From Eledone cirrhosa (lineage: Eukaryota): a stretch of 64,000 nt of DNA. Positions within the stretch are counted from its first letter, which is position 1, and every line of letters starts with the position of its first letter. The notes under the pieces were generated by a model that did not search any database, had not been told where the DNA came from, and saw nothing but the letters and a program-made list of their open reading frames with translations. Positions 1-13,912 of this stretch are shown in pieces. Where the stretch lies: contig OZ024743.1 of the NCBI GenBank assembly GCA_964016885.1, forward strand, positions 116,126,001 through 116,190,000, given 5' to 3'. The position numbers and the translations under genes were made by a program.

Positions 1-68
1 CAATTGCATTCTTTTTTCTATGTCTATACCAGCATTGTTTTGGCTTTATTATACATATTCAAACGTTT

Positions 69-435
<367 letters not shown>

Positions 436-764
436 TATAAAGAAAGAAGAAACATTAGATATAAATAAAAAGATATAATATACCTAAATTCCTTCATTAT
501 CTTCGATTTCGTAGTTTGGTGGCTATTATGCAAAAACATTACACCATATAGATGCAGAATTGTTGTGAGTTTTGCCGACTTATCAAGAGGATACCTCATT
601 TAAAGTTTCAAAACACGTCCGTTGGACTAATCCATTCAGATTATTTCGTCCCTATTAATCATAGAGCAACAACGGTTAAGGTTGGCACCACACAAATTCA
701 GAGATATATGTGGGTATATGCATGTATATGTATGTATTCGCATGTTCTGTGTATTTCTTTGTAT

Positions 765-809
<45 letters not shown>

Positions 810-959
810 TATATATATATATATATCTATATATATATATATATTAATAAGAGGAATTCCAACTTTGTCTGATTTACTCGTTTTATTTACAATCCTTTAA
901 AATATATAATGGTATTATAATGAAATAGTATGATAGAATATTAAATTCTAAGTGTTAAT

Positions 960-998
960 TGAACAAGTACTTTCATGCTTTCGCAATCTTCAGGTTCA
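960..998 (-). ncRNA. Minimal type-I hammerhead ribozyme
   Basis: TGAAC-CTGAAGA-T-TGC-GAAA-GCA-T-GAAA-GTAC-T-T-GTTCA: perfect helix I, 3-bp helix II, palindromic GTAC helix III. Confidence 0.85.
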
Positions 999-1283
999 TA
1001 ATGTGTGGTGACAGTCAAGTTTGCAATTATATATATATATATATATATATATATCCTCAGGCACTGATGGTGATTATTGCTAAATACTAATATTGATTTG
1101 ATTATCAATATTGGTATTATTGGACACCCACTGTAGAATTATAAGAGTCCACTTGAATATGTATCTGTTGATCTTATACAAACTCCTACATAAATTGGTA
1201 TAATTTCACCCAAATTGTATGAATCTTATAATGAAACGAGACGTCCATCTGGGAAGAGATATATTCGATATGTCTCATATGAA

Positions 1284-1464
1284 ATAATTGTTTCTACTTT
1301 AGGCACAAGACCAGCAATTATCCAGTGCATTACTGGTACTTTATTTTATCGACCCCGTAAGGATGAAAGGTAAAGTCTACCTCGGCGGTATTTGAACTCA
1401 GATCGTAAAGAGACGTAACTATGCTTGAAATCATGGCGTCCGACCCTCTACCGATACTGCCAAT
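1284..1464 (-). mobile_element. tRNA-derived SINE
   Basis: A-box TGGCAGTATCGG, B-box GAGTTCAAATAC, central GAGGTAGACTTTACCTTTCATCC..GTCGATAAAATAAAGTACCAG; same family as 5045, 43060, 46384. Confidence 0.85.
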
Positions 1465-1604
1465 GAAATAATACAGCCAATTTTCCACACAATACAATTA
1501 GTTAGCACCCCGAACGTTTAATTAGGAATATACTCACTTATTTCCTAATGTTTGTTGTGTGAGTTGGGATTTGGCCGGAGTATCGCTAAAAGCTTTCTCT
1601 GATA

Positions 1605-1716
<112 letters not shown>

Positions 1717-1895
1717 CGAGTAGGATTCCCATGTAAATAGGGAGTCGACCACTGTTAAAAAAATCAACTATACGTTAATAGAGTATCGATATATTGTTCA
1801 TTCGTAATAAATCATTCGTAATAAATCATAATAAGACAATTCCTTCCTGGTGATTTTTTATGAATGAAACAAGACTAGCCCTGTAGAAGTCATTC

Positions 1896-1971
<76 letters not shown>

Positions 1972-2150
1972 TACATACTAAACTCAAACATATATGCATA
2001 TAAACATAAGAAACCGAGCATTCCACAGACACATGTACTTTAACCAAATTCTCCGGCCAAATCAGTTTAACACTGTATGTGACAAATCAGCGTCTTTGAT
2101 TCATAGGTACGGAACGTGTGTGAACGTGTGTGATTGTGTGTGAGTGTTTC

Positions 2151-2197
<47 letters not shown>

Positions 2198-2422
2198 TAG
2201 CGAGAATCGTATTTCGGCTATTGGAAATTAACGAAAACAACTTCCGAGATGTGTGGCAAGCGCTCAATAAATTCTAAGGAACCAGAGCTACAATATACGT
2301 TAAAAGACCAAACACACTGAGACGATGGTTAAACCATTATCCGCACAGCCATAGAAACGACCAAGTAATTCGCATCAAACAAATAAAATCTGATTTTATA
2401 TATACACACACACAAATAGATA

Positions 2423-2491
<69 letters not shown>

Positions 2492-3629
2492 GAGAGGGCG
2501 AGAGAGAGAGGGCGAGAGAGAGAGAGAGATTGAAGTGGTAGTGGATTGGGTGCATGAAAAATTCTCCTCAGCATGATTTGAACTAATTTGCAGGTAGCTG
2601 GAATAAGGCTAAATGATTTACCCGGATTTCAAAACACTCTACTTATTCACCGTTAACGGAAATACAAACACATACAAACACACGCAAATGCATACACTAA
2701 ATGACGCAAATACAAATACATACAATTTAACCACTAATACACACGCAATACAAACACAAAAGTGCCGTCGCTAAACCTCTCACCTGCACACACACACATG
2801 CAGACACACTCACGCAAATACGCAATTCATACAAATCTCATTCACATAAAAACACACAAATAGATACGCTAAACCACTCACATGCACGCACACACACACG
2901 CACAGAAATACGTCAAATACGTATGATAAACCTGTCTGTCTGTCTCCCTCTCTCATTTTTTCTCTCTCTCTCACTCACACACACACACACACATACACAG
3001 GCATATATACATAGACGCACACCCACAAACAACCAAATTTATTGACATACTTAAAATTGACATTCGGGCACAAGTAAATCTCACACATATACATGCAGCA
3101 TCAGATATATTCGCATGAGGCTGATACACACACACAGACATACATTGTCAGAGATGTAAAATATACATCAGCTGTTTCTCACCTTTAATTTCAACTGTAC
3201 TCACTGACTGATGCGCTATCGTGTTGTCTGCTCTGTCTCTTTTAATGATGACTGTTCCACTTGTTTAAACACCTGCTCGTTATATTTACGTGCAAGTGGC
3301 TGAGCATTCCATGGACGTGTTTACCTTTTCTAGAGTTCAGCGTATTACAGTGTATGATATCTTGGTCCGTTTGAAATACAGTTACAACAATTTATGTTTT
3401 CTAGCTTAGAGGACGGTAGCAATGCTAAACTGGCGAACTGTCGTTACTACTATCGTTGTTGATGGCATTATAGGGTTGGTGTTGTTGTTGTTGTTGTTGT
3501 TGGTGGTGGTGGTAGTGGTGGTGGTGATGGTTGTGTTCGTGGTGATGTTTTTTTTCAGCACCTGAGAAGGGGAGAAAGGAACAGAAACAAAGATATAAAG
3601 ATAGATCGAGGACAAAACACGAGAATATT

Positions 3630-3720
3630 GGACTGGTACTTCGCCTATCGACCTCGAAAAGATGAAAGGCAAGGTTGACCGTTGGTATGACATATACTTA
3701 GAACGCATTGAGTCGGAACA
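3630..3720 (-). mobile_element. SINE fragment (central domain)
   Basis: Reverse complement GGTCAACCTTGCCTTTCATC..GAGGTCGATAGGCGAAGTACCAG. Confidence 0.6.
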
Positions 3721-3974
3721 AATGCCATAATATCTTTAATCCAATGATTTAAATAATCCAACTATTCGCCGTTGCGATCCAACATGATCATTCCATTCAT
3801 TTACAAAGGTATCCAGCGAGAGCACCCATCCGTTACTTCATTCTTTATTGAAGATAAACCCATTTTAACTGATAGTACTAGCAAATCAAGCGTTCACGTA
3901 AATATTCCCCAGGCCTCCTTTTGCTTTTTTAGGATTTGTTTGTTGTTTTGTTGTTATTTTTACTTTGTTGAAGT

Positions 3975-4168
3975 GTGGCAGATCGGCAGAATGTCAGCGA
4001 AAATGCATTGTGGTATTTAGTTACGAATTTTTAGGTTTTAAGTTCAAATCCCGCCGAGAGCAACTTCGATTTCCGAGATCGATAATATCAAGTGCCAGTC
4101 AAGGACTGGGTTCGATTTACTCGACTTTCTTTTCCCCCAAAATATGTTTATATTAGAAACAATTATTA
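3975..4168 (+). mobile_element. Degenerate SINE
   Basis: GGCAGAATGT..AGTTCAAATCCCGCCGAG..AAGTGCCAGT..TTAGAAACAATTATT tail. Confidence 0.65.
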
Positions 4169-5044
4169 ACAATGTTGATATGTTTTAAATTGTTGCGAAT
4201 TTCATTTGTACGTTGGTCTCCTCCCACATTGTTTGGTATTAAAGTAATTGGAAAGTTAATAATGTTATTCTTGATATTGTTGGTGCTCATATTGTTGTCG
4301 TTACTGTTATTACTGCTTTGGCACCTGTTACCTATTGTGATGCTGTGCTATCTAATTTTCTCGTTGATGTTATATAATTTGTGTTGCAGTGGTTGGTGAA
4401 ACTGAGAGGGCGGATTATGTGGCATTCTGTGTTTGTGACAGGGTAACTGGTAGTTGCGGTGGTGTTGAGTATGATTTTATTGCTTCTGTTCCAAATGTTA
4501 TTGTAGCTGTTGCCTTGATTTACTGTATGCTTTCATATTATGGTTATTGATTTTCTTAAAAAAATAATTACTATTTTTATTGGCCGTAAGGGACCGTATA
4601 AACATACAAATTAAACATTATGCATGGGTGTTTCATGGAGGGATGCACAAAACAAAAGTATATAAGATTAAGTGGATTACGAAGTCCGTTATACAATGCA
4701 CATGATACATATTTGATATCAATTAAAAACACAATAAGAATATAATATTATATAAATGCAGAATAAACGAAACAGTGGTAAAAACACTTACGAGAGCTGT
4801 ATAGCAAAAGGTTTAAATTAAAATGTGAAACACAGATCTGATAACTGACGCCACAAACGTGTGAAAAATTCCGCCTCAGAATGAACAAGTTCCCTCGCAA
4901 TTCTCATCATTTCCCCCATATATTTGCTTCATGGCCTCATGCATTCATTGTCATTCATTGGTTCATAATATGCCCGTGATAGTTTGGGGGAATATATTGT
5001 CAAGAAAATGCAAAGAGCTGAATGATTCATTTAGCATTGTTTGA

Positions 5045-5240
5045 ATAGGATTGGCAGTATCGGTAGAGGGTCGGACGCCATGCTTTGTAGCATAGAGTTA
5101 CGGCCCTTGCTATTCTGAGTTCAAATCCCGCCGAGGTTAACTTTGCCTTTCACCCTTACGGGGTCGGTAAAATAAAGTACCAGTAATACACTGGGATAAT
5201 TGCTGGCCTTGTGCCAAAAGTAGAAATAATTATTATTATT
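5045..5240 (+). mobile_element. tRNA-derived SINE, full length, (ATT)n tail
   Basis: A/B boxes, conserved central domain, AGTAGAAATAATTATTATTATT tail. Confidence 0.88.
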
Positions 5241-5457
5241 GAAGGTGATGCCACGCTTCCTATCGGTTCTAGTTTTTTTCAACAGTTTACTTCGTTTGCA
5301 ACTGTTCTTAATCTTTTATTCAAGTTTTAAACTTGATAAAAGTTTAGAAGAAGTGAACCACCTAATACAGGAGTTCACTCGTAAATAATACGGTACCCCT
5401 TTACGGGGTGTCGTATTATGTAAAAAAAATTATTTGAAAAAAAACATTTCTTTCAAC

Positions 5458-6445
5458 ATGGATAACACAAGAAAGAGAGAGAGCGCTGTCAGACAACACT
5501 GAGAGAAGGAGTCTTTCTCAACATGGCAACAAGACAGCGTTCTAGCGAAGGTAAATTTAAAAGAAAATATTACGAAGGAAAAGATGAAGAATATCATTTT
5601 TAATGATATTGTTCCAGATTTAAAATTACCAAATATTACTAACACAAGCACCAACAATAACACCAACAACAACACCATCAATAACAACAACAACAACAAA
5701 AATAACAGCGGCAAGGTCGAGAAAGACAATAACATTTTCAATAAAAACAGCCACAACAACAATAATAGCAGGAACAGTATCAACAAAAACAACAATAATA
5801 ACAACAGCCACAATAACAGTAACAGCAGCAACAGTATCAACGAAAACAACAACAATGACAACAATAACAGCAACAACGGTACCAATGAAACAACAACAAT
5901 GACATCAATACCAGTAACAGCGATCTCAGCACCACCAGCAAGACCAGTAGCGGTAGCAATAGTGTAAAAGTAGCCACTTCTGTTGCAGGTGTGGCCCGAA
6001 ATCGAAACAGTGTTAATCACAGAGAAGGAGATGGCAGTCGCAAGTGCCATGGTGACAAAAATATGCCAATAGAGTTTCCCTGAAACCTCCACCCAATATT
6101 TTCAAGGACCAGCAGCTACGGACGCTGTCTTACCGCACCGTAAGCAAAATGGCACATCGGGTGGAGAGAGCCACGGAAGCTCAAATCGAAAAGGCCTTGG
6201 GGTGCGTCTGGACGCGCAAAACCTACATCACCCGAGCCAGAAATTATGCCACAGTGGACGTACTTTTCGTTTTACCACAAGAGGCGAAGTCTCATTCTTT
6301 GGAAACCCTAAAAAGTGAGGAGATATTCTTGGTGCCCTGCTACTGCGGGCAGAAAATTGTGAAGACAGCGAAGAAGAAGCCCCCCCCCCCTCCTTCTAAT
6401 GCCTGGTCCGCTGCTACGAAGAGCAGGGCAGGCAACAAACGCTGA
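5458..6445 (+). pseudogene. LINE ORF1 (gag-like) relic with Asn-rich low-complexity tract
   Basis: ATG 5458 is in frame with the 5584-5967 Asn-rich ORF across one stop; continues in the 6149-6445 fragment upstream of the endonuclease. Confidence 0.5.
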
Positions 6446-6599
6446 AGACCCTACCACGGTGTGTAGGAGGGCAACGTCCATGGCACCCGTACCAAGGCCA
6501 CGGACAACTAAAGCAGCAGTAGCTACATTTGCAGTAGCTGCACCAGCAACAAAATGTCCGGAGAGGGCTCCACTACCCCACCAACAGCCGCCACAGAAT

Positions 6600-9500
6600 G
6601 TGGGAGTGAAGTGGCAAACACAGATGTGGTGACCATCAGCGAGACCAGAATTTCCGAAGCACGAGTCTTCGCACCGATCCTCGGCGGCTACGATGTATAT
6701 GCATCTCCCAGCAGTCCGGGAACGGGGACGGAGTCGCTGTGGTTTTTCGAAGAGCTTGGATCTCGCCATACAGGCCATCTTCCTGAAACCAAAAGGTAAG
6801 TCGGTGGTACTGGACGTGACAGGCAGCGAAGGCAATGCTTTCAGGCTAGTCACCGTCTACGCCCCAACGGCGGCAGGACGGCCAAATTTCTTCAGAGATC
6901 TAGAGACCTTTCTTCGAACGTCCCGCTCTTTAGTGTTAGTGGGTGACTGGAACGGTATCTTAGATGCACGCTGGGATTATGTGGGGCTAATAAATAAGGG
7001 AGGAGGATGTAAAACCTCACCAACCTGCTCAGACGTTTTCAACTGTCTGACATGTATCAACTGGATTATCTGAATGTGCCAATGTGGACGCGGGCAAACG
7101 CAACGTGTCATCCAGATCGTATCTAGATAGGGTATTGTGTAGGGAAACAGATAAGGCTAACGTAGGCTGTCCACAATTTAAAGTAGTCGGCTAGACGGAC
7201 CACAAAATTGTGATCTGTGAAGTCGACTTAGATAGACTTCATAGGCAAGGACCTGATTACTGGAAGCTGAACGCGGCTTTCCCGGCGCGTAATGCTTACA
7301 GAGATCGGATAAGCGAATTAGTTGAGCGTGAGTTGACGGGTGCGATCATCAACAACAAGTGGTGGTTTACTCTGAAAAGTGCAATTAGAGTAGAATCAAT
7401 AAGATTTAGCAAAGTCGTAAAGATAGAGGAAAATAGAGTAGAAGTAGTCAGAAAGCTAAAAGAGGCGTTTAGGACAGGCATCGCAACCGACGTGCTTGCG
7501 GCAAGATTGGCACTCGACCAATTCTTCAATGCAAAGCACGAAGGCTGCGTTATCAGAGCTAGAGCACGTGCTCTGAAAGAAGAGGGAACAAAAGCTGTCC
7601 CATGGGCCCGGGTGGTGAAGGCGCGATGTGGCAAGAAAGCCACAATTCAAACCTTTCCTGACCAGAACGGGTACATGTTACTCGAACCCGAGCAAATGTG
7701 TGAGGTTCTTCAGCAGTACGGGCAAGATCTGAATATGAACTTCAGTGCATACATAGAGGGTCTGCGCAGCTCTCGACAACCGATGTGCAGTATTGCTAAA
7801 ATCCGATAACAGCAGGTGAAATACAGGAAGCGATGTCTGACTGCACGAGGGGTAAATCGCCAGGTTTGGATGGTCTGCCCTACGATCTTTATGCGTACAT
7901 GCCAGACTTTTTGGCAGACGTCTACTGCAAATGGCAGCAGAACGGAGGCATTCCCAGTTTTGTGAGCCGGGAGCGGTGGTGCTATTGAGAAAATACCCGA
8001 ACAAAGGGAACGTTATAGACAACTTTATGCCCATAACTGTTAAACACAGGCTTCAAGATTTTGGCCAAGGTGTTAGCAACGGCATTGGCGCTTGTCGTCG
8101 GTGATCTGGTGGGAGAGGCGCAGACAAGCACCATTCCGGACAGATCCATCCACGACAACATCCATCTCATGCGATACATCATATAGAGGGTGGTTAAGGA
8201 AGCCTTTGATAGTGTCGACCATCGGAACCTGGATGCGGTCTTCGAGGCGGCCGGCTTCGGGCCCGTTTTTAGGGGCTGGATTGCTGTGATGCACAGCGAT
8301 ATATGCTCAATTGTGAGGCTGAATGGTCACCTTTCATGCGCACGGTCCGCCAGGGTTTCCCCCTCTCGTCTCTCTTGTGCGTACTGGCCTTCGAGCCGTT
8401 ACTGCACAAATTGGAGACGATGAGGGGGTCCCGCGCGAACTGGGTTGTGGAAGATCCATGTCAGCTTACGCCGACGACGTCACTGTGGTGGTGTCTAGCA
8501 CCAAACACGTCCAGATGCTCGGCACCGCTCTTAAGGAATACGAATCGGTGACAGGAACAAAGATAAACCAAGAAAAGTTGGTGGCCTTGCAACTCGGCAC
8601 CTGGAGAGGCAATTAAATGCCGTCCGACAGATCGTGGGGCGCTGGACCGAAGGACCGGTTAAATTGCTCGGGTCTGGTTCGGTTGGGACCACCAGATGGA
8701 GAAAAACAGGAGCGAGGTGACGAGCAGTGTGGCCTCTCTCACCCAGAAATGGGCCGAGAGGAGGCTGTCTCTGAATTGTCGGGTGGACGTGGCGAATGCG
8801 TACATCGCGTCCGTCATCTGCTACCGCCTGACCGTCGTACCTTGCCCCCTCCCAACTCTGACCAAAATGGAGCGCCTTATCTTCCGCTTTTTGTGGAAGG
8901 GACGTGCTGCCATGGTCAGACGATCCATTTGCTGTCAACACCCGTTGCGTGGAGGACTAGGCATGCCGTGGCTGATGATGCGCAAACATACGCTGAGTCT
9001 GTGACACCTCTGGTGTTTCCTTGACGGGGAACATGTGTGGTCGCCGTTTGCCAGACACGCTTTTCCCCAGCTCGTCTCCTTGATGGAGTTACAGTCCTGG
9101 ATCAGGAAATGTTCGAGAGAGAGCGCTTGGAAGCTGGAATGTCTCCAAGCGCTCACCGCCCTCTACCAGCTGGGCACTAGAATCGGTGGAACATCTACAT
9201 CGGCGTTCTGTAGAGGGATAGTGGAAGGAAAGAGCGGCGACGTTCTCGGGGAGACCCTGGGCGTCGAAGACGATCAGATGTTCGCTCTTGTCAAGAGAAC
9301 TTTCAGACCGGGGCCTATGGACAATTTCCAGAAATCCCTGGCCTGCAGAGCTACCGGGAAGCGTTGCCGGTTCGGGATAAGCTCTACATTCACGGAGGTG
9401 CTGTCAGCCGAGCATGTCCGACATGCGCGCAGGGCGACGAAACCGTCCTGCACGCACTCGTTCAGTGCCCGAGGATTGCTGACTTGTGGAGCTATGTCGA

Positions 9501-9833
9501 ACAGCTGCTGTCGCGTGTAGGACGGATCCGGTTATCGACTGACTTCATTGTGCAGATCGCCCCGATATCCTCCTTTAAATAGGTGGAAGGCAGGCAGTTT
9601 TCATCTGCCAGGTGGCCATGGCGAAAGAGATTGTGTGGTGGACAAGGTTGAAAGGGTTGAAAACGGACACTTTCCTCTTCCGCCAATACCTGATTAATTT
9701 TTTCAAGTTTCACTTGAAGAGGAAAATCAGGGTGGAGAGGCAAGTGATGTCTTCTAGTAAGTTTGTTGAAAGGTGGGTGAAAGTGACGAGTCTGGTCCGA
9801 ATGAACGGGCCCGCTCGGAATATGCGCCCGTAG
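6600..9833 (+). pseudogene. L1/Tx1 ORF2 (APE endonuclease, RT, CCHC finger), frameshifted
   Basis: DVVTISETR, VYAP, LVGDWN, YLDRV, DHK, YWKLN, EAFDSVDH, RQGFPLS, AYADDV, GGLGMP, CPTCAQGDETVLHALVQC. Confidence 0.92.
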
Positions 9834-10093
9834 ACTGACGAGTGAGAAAACTGAGACAGGGCGCTTGCCCTGGTGGTCAGAGTGGCCGTGGCTTTTTTGT
9901 GTAGTTTTCGCCACGAGTGTCCCTCGGAGATTTCCCCCTTTTTGAGGAATTTTTGTTGTTTTAATTTTTTTTAATTTTTAGCCCAATTTTGTTAGAACCT
10001 GTTTACACGACCAAAACCCACTTTGTATCGTCCTGTACTGTTCTGTGCCGTTTCTAATGTTTTTCTTCATGTTAGCCCTTGTGGCCAATAAAG

Positions 10094-12652
10094 CCACAAT
10101 TCGCGACGTGGCAACAAAGCCACAATTCGGTCTTTGTCTGACCAAAACGGGCGCGTGTTGCTTGAACCCGAGCAGATGTGTGAAGCTGTTCAGCAGCACT
10201 CTACTGAACTCTTCGGGAGCAGCGGTGGGCCGAATCGGTGTATGGACTTCAGTGCATACCTCGATGGACTGCCTCGGCTCTCGACGACCGCAGCACAGTG
10301 TTGCGAAAAGCCATGAACAGCCGGTGAAATTCGGGAAGCGATGGCTAACTGCACGTGGGTATAGCACCAGGTTTGGATGGTCTGCCCTACGAGCATTATG
10401 CACTTATGCCAGACTTGTTAGGTGACCTCTTGGCAGACGTCTACTGCAACTGGCAGCAGAACGGGAGCATTCCTAGTTTTGTGAGCCGGGGAGCGGTGGC
10501 GTTGCTGAGAAAAGACCCGAACAAAGGGATGTTATCGATAACTTCAGGCACATAACCCTGCTAAACGCAGAGTTCAAGATTTTGGCCAAGGGTCTTGATG
10601 GCGCTTGTCGTCAAGGGTCTGGTGGGAGAGACGCAGACATGCGTCATTCCGGAAAGATCAATACACGACAACCTCTACTTCATGCGATACATCATAGAGA
10701 GGGTGGTTAAGGAGCGTGGCACGGGTGGCGCCCTGATCAACTTGGATCAATCCAAAGCATTCGATAGGGTCGACCATCGGTACCTGGTGTCGGTCCTCAA
10801 TCAGCCTGTTTCGGGCATGTTTTCAGGGGTTGGATCGCTGCGATGTACAGCGACATCTGCTCAGTTGTGAGGATGAACGGTCACCTGTCGCAGCCGTTCA
10901 GCATCATGCGCTCGGTCCGCTAGGGTTGTCCCCTCTTGTCCCTCTTGTACGTATTGGCTCTCGAGCCATTACTGCACAAACTGGGGGTGATGAGGGGCGT
11001 CCCATGCGAACTAGGATGCGGGAAATCCGAGTCGGCTTCCGCCGACGACTTCGTCTTGGTGGTGTCAAGCACCAGACACGACCAGATGCTCGGCACCGCT
11101 CTCAAGGAATACGAAGCGGTGACAGGGGCAATGATCAACCAGGAAAAGTCAGTGGGCCTGCAACTCGGCACCTGGGGAGGAAGGTCCATGCCGTCCAACT
11201 GCGTCGTCGGGCGCCGGACTGACGGACCGTGATGTTGGTAGGGGTCTAGTTCGGTCCGGATCTCCAGACGGACAAAAACTGGGACGAGGTGACGAGCAGA
11301 GTGGCTTCTCTCACCCAGAAATGGGCGGAGAGGAAGCTATCACTGAAAGGCCGAGCGGGGGTGGCTAACGCGTACATCGCGTCCGTCATCTCCTACCGCC
11401 TGACCGTAGTACCTTGTCCTAAGTCCCGCCTGACTGCGCTGGAGCGTTTGCTCTTTCGCTTTTTGTGGAAAGGATGCGCTCAGATGAACAGGCGGTCCAT
11501 CTGCTGTCAACACCCGCTACGTGGAGGGCAGGGAATGCCGTGGCTGATGAACCGCAGACACGCGCTCAGGCTACGACATCTTCACCTCTACCTCGACGGT
11601 TATCAGGTGTGGTCGCCGTTTGCTAGACGCGTCATTCCCCAGCTCGTTTCCTTAACTGAGCTGCAGTCCTGGGTCAAGCGAAGACCAAGAGGGAACGCTT
11701 GGAGACTGGAATGTCTTCAGGCGCACAGAGCCCTCGAGCAATCGGCCAATGTGATCGGTGGAAACTCCACCTTGGCGTTCTATAGAGGTTTAGTGGAGGG
11801 GAAGAGCGACGACGTACTTGGGGAAACTCTAGGCGTCGACGAAAATCAACTAGACAATCTCTTCGGAAGGACTTTTGGGCCGGGGCCTATGGACAACTTC
11901 CAGAAATCCCTGGCCTGGCAGTGCTACTGAGGAGCTTTGCCAGTTCGGGATAAACTCTACAGGCATGGAGGTGCCGTCAGCCGGGGATGTCCGAGATGCG
12001 CGCAGGGAACGCACTCGTCCATTGTTCGAGCATTGATGACTTATGTGTTTATGTCGAACACCTACTGTCGCGTTCAATGTCGAACACCTGCTGTCGCGGG
12101 GCAATCCTCACGATCGAATCAGCTGATTCGATCGTGAGGATTGCCCCGCCCTCTTCCTTTAGCCGGGAAGTGCAGGCAGTTTTTATCTGTCTGTTGGCTA
12201 TGGCGAAAGAGATAGTATGGTGGACACGTTAGAAAGGACTGAAGACGAGCACTTACCTCTTCGGTGATGCCTGAATAACTTTTTTAAATTTCATTTGAAA
12301 AGGAAAATCAGGGTAGAGAGGGAAGTGCTCTCTTCCCAGCATTTTGTTGAAAGATGGGTGAGAGAAGCAAGAATGGCCCGAGTGAATGGGCCTACTCTGA
12401 GTATGTGTCTGTAAATTAAAGGTGGAAAAGTGGGAGAGGGCACTTGCCCTGGTGGTCAGCATCACTGTGGCTTTTTAATGGGTTTTCTTCACGAATATCC
12501 CTCGGAAGTCTCCCCGTATTGGGGAATTTTTCATTGTTATTTTGTTGGGTTTTTTTATCATTACACGCAGAAATGCCCATTTGTACCGTCCTGTATTTTT
12601 CTGTACTGTCCTTAATGTCTACTTTATGTAAACCCTTGTGGTTAATAAAGAA
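10094..12652 (+). mobile_element. 5'-truncated L1/Tx1 LINE (copy 2), head-to-tail with copy 1
   Basis: PGLDGLPYE, LDQSKAFDRVDH, SADDFV, WAERKLSLKGR, CPRC; ends CCCTTGTGGTTAATAAAG. Confidence 0.9.
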
Positions 12653-12655
12653 AGC

Positions 12656-12975
12656 ATTATTATTATTTTGCGCGTTATCAGTGCATCACCGAGCGAAATT
12701 CTGTGCGCGTTGGATATGTGCAGTTTGGTTTTGGTGGTGCCTGTTCTATTGTATTGAGAGTACTCTTTGTAATATGTGTGTGGTACCTAGTAGTGCTATT
12801 TTTTGTATGTTGTATATATTTGTGAGTCATGGAATTTCGTGTGCATTTTTATCATCCACAGAGCACCTACAATTATAGGTATTGTTTCTGTCTTAAACAT
12901 CCACATTCGCATTATTTCTGTCTCTAAATCTTTATATTTGGATAGTTTCTCTAATTCCTTCTTTGATACACCCGA
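12656..12975 (-). mobile_element. R4/Dong-like (RLE) non-LTR 3' fragment with (TAA)n tail
   Basis: KELEKLSKYKDLETEIMRMW..IPIIVGAL, typical RLE C-terminus; (TAA)n tail at 12657-12668. Confidence 0.75.
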
Positions 12976-13308
12976 AGAAGCCAGAGCGCACTCTATTATG
13001 CCACTCCGCAGGGAGGAGATAAACATGGTGCCGCCGTACTCCAGCCAAAACGTTGTGAGGGGTCCGAGTGACCAACGTTCCTCCCTCAGTAGAAATCGCT
13101 TGGCTGATGGCGGCCGTCCTCACTGACGTCGAAGAGACGACCACCACAACTTATTATATCTACATAGCAAAATTATAAAATTATAAAGTTAAATTGTTAT
13201 AGAATACAAACTACAAGTGAAGCTATTCTTTATATTTTTTCAAATATACCTAACTGTACCACGGATCTCACACATTTTCCAATATATATATATATATATA
13301 TATATATT

Positions 13309-13722
13309 TCGTTTCTGAATTTGTCTTGCAAGATTTCTTATCTGAAGACGTGTGTTGAAACATATATTGTTATATTTTGGGAGGATCATGCTGGTCAATA
13401 AAAACACGCGCATCTGATAATTTTCACTTCAATTTCTTATACATTTCCGGCTGGTTATTTGGTTCGATAACCGGGTGGTTGTTTATATATTATCAAAACT
13501 CGTTCGTCACACAATATGTGACCTCTTCAGTGACTCGGTTTTTATTTTGTGTCTCTCCTTTGTCCTGGCAAATACATATACAAGTTGGTGTAGGACAATA
13601 TATGAACAACCACCCGGTTAAGGAACCAACCGGCTACCGGAAATTTATAATAAATTGAAGTGAAAACCAACAGCTGCGTGTGTTTTTATTGGCAGCATGA
13701 CCCTGCCAGAGTATAACTATAT
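13309..13722. mobile_element. Inverted pair of diverged PLE pLTRs
   Basis: Arms encode MILPKYNNICFNTRLQIRNLARQIQKR (-) and MTLPEYNY (+), homologous to the N-terminus of the 30-34 kb PLE. Degenerate HHR at 13492-13534 (-): GTCA-CTGAAGA-G-GTCACA..TGTGAC-GAAC..TGAT. Confidence 0.8.
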
Positions 13723-13912
13723 AGGAAAAAGTATGACCCAGACGGCAGAGCTCAAGCCGTTTCGAAGGCTATTTAGTCCAGAAATACCCGTCGAAACGGC
13801 TTGAGCTCTGCCGTCGGGGTCATACTTTTTCCTATTTCCCACTCTAATACCATAAGTTTTGAGTACTCTGGTGTGTTATGGTCTATCTGGTTCCTTACCA
13901 CAATTCCTTTGT

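Larger units (their letters stand above)
5241..10093 (+). mobile_element. L1/Tx1-clade non-LTR retrotransposon, near full length, decayed (copy 1)
   Basis: ORF1 relic, then APE-RT-CCHC ORF2, T-rich 3'UTR ending CCCTTGTGGCCAATAAAG. The 5' boundary is inferred from the end of the SINE tail. Confidence 0.88.

Noticed and set aside
5045-5135. tRNA gene
   Set aside because: A/B boxes belong to SINE heads; no complete cloverleaf
5430-6092. 220-aa Leu-rich 'membrane protein' ORF (also 32992-33534)
   Set aside because: Antisense reading of AAC/AAT tracts
13342-13370. CTGAAGA..GAAA on the plus strand
   Set aside because: No helix II; it is the antisense of the PLE N-terminal coding sequence
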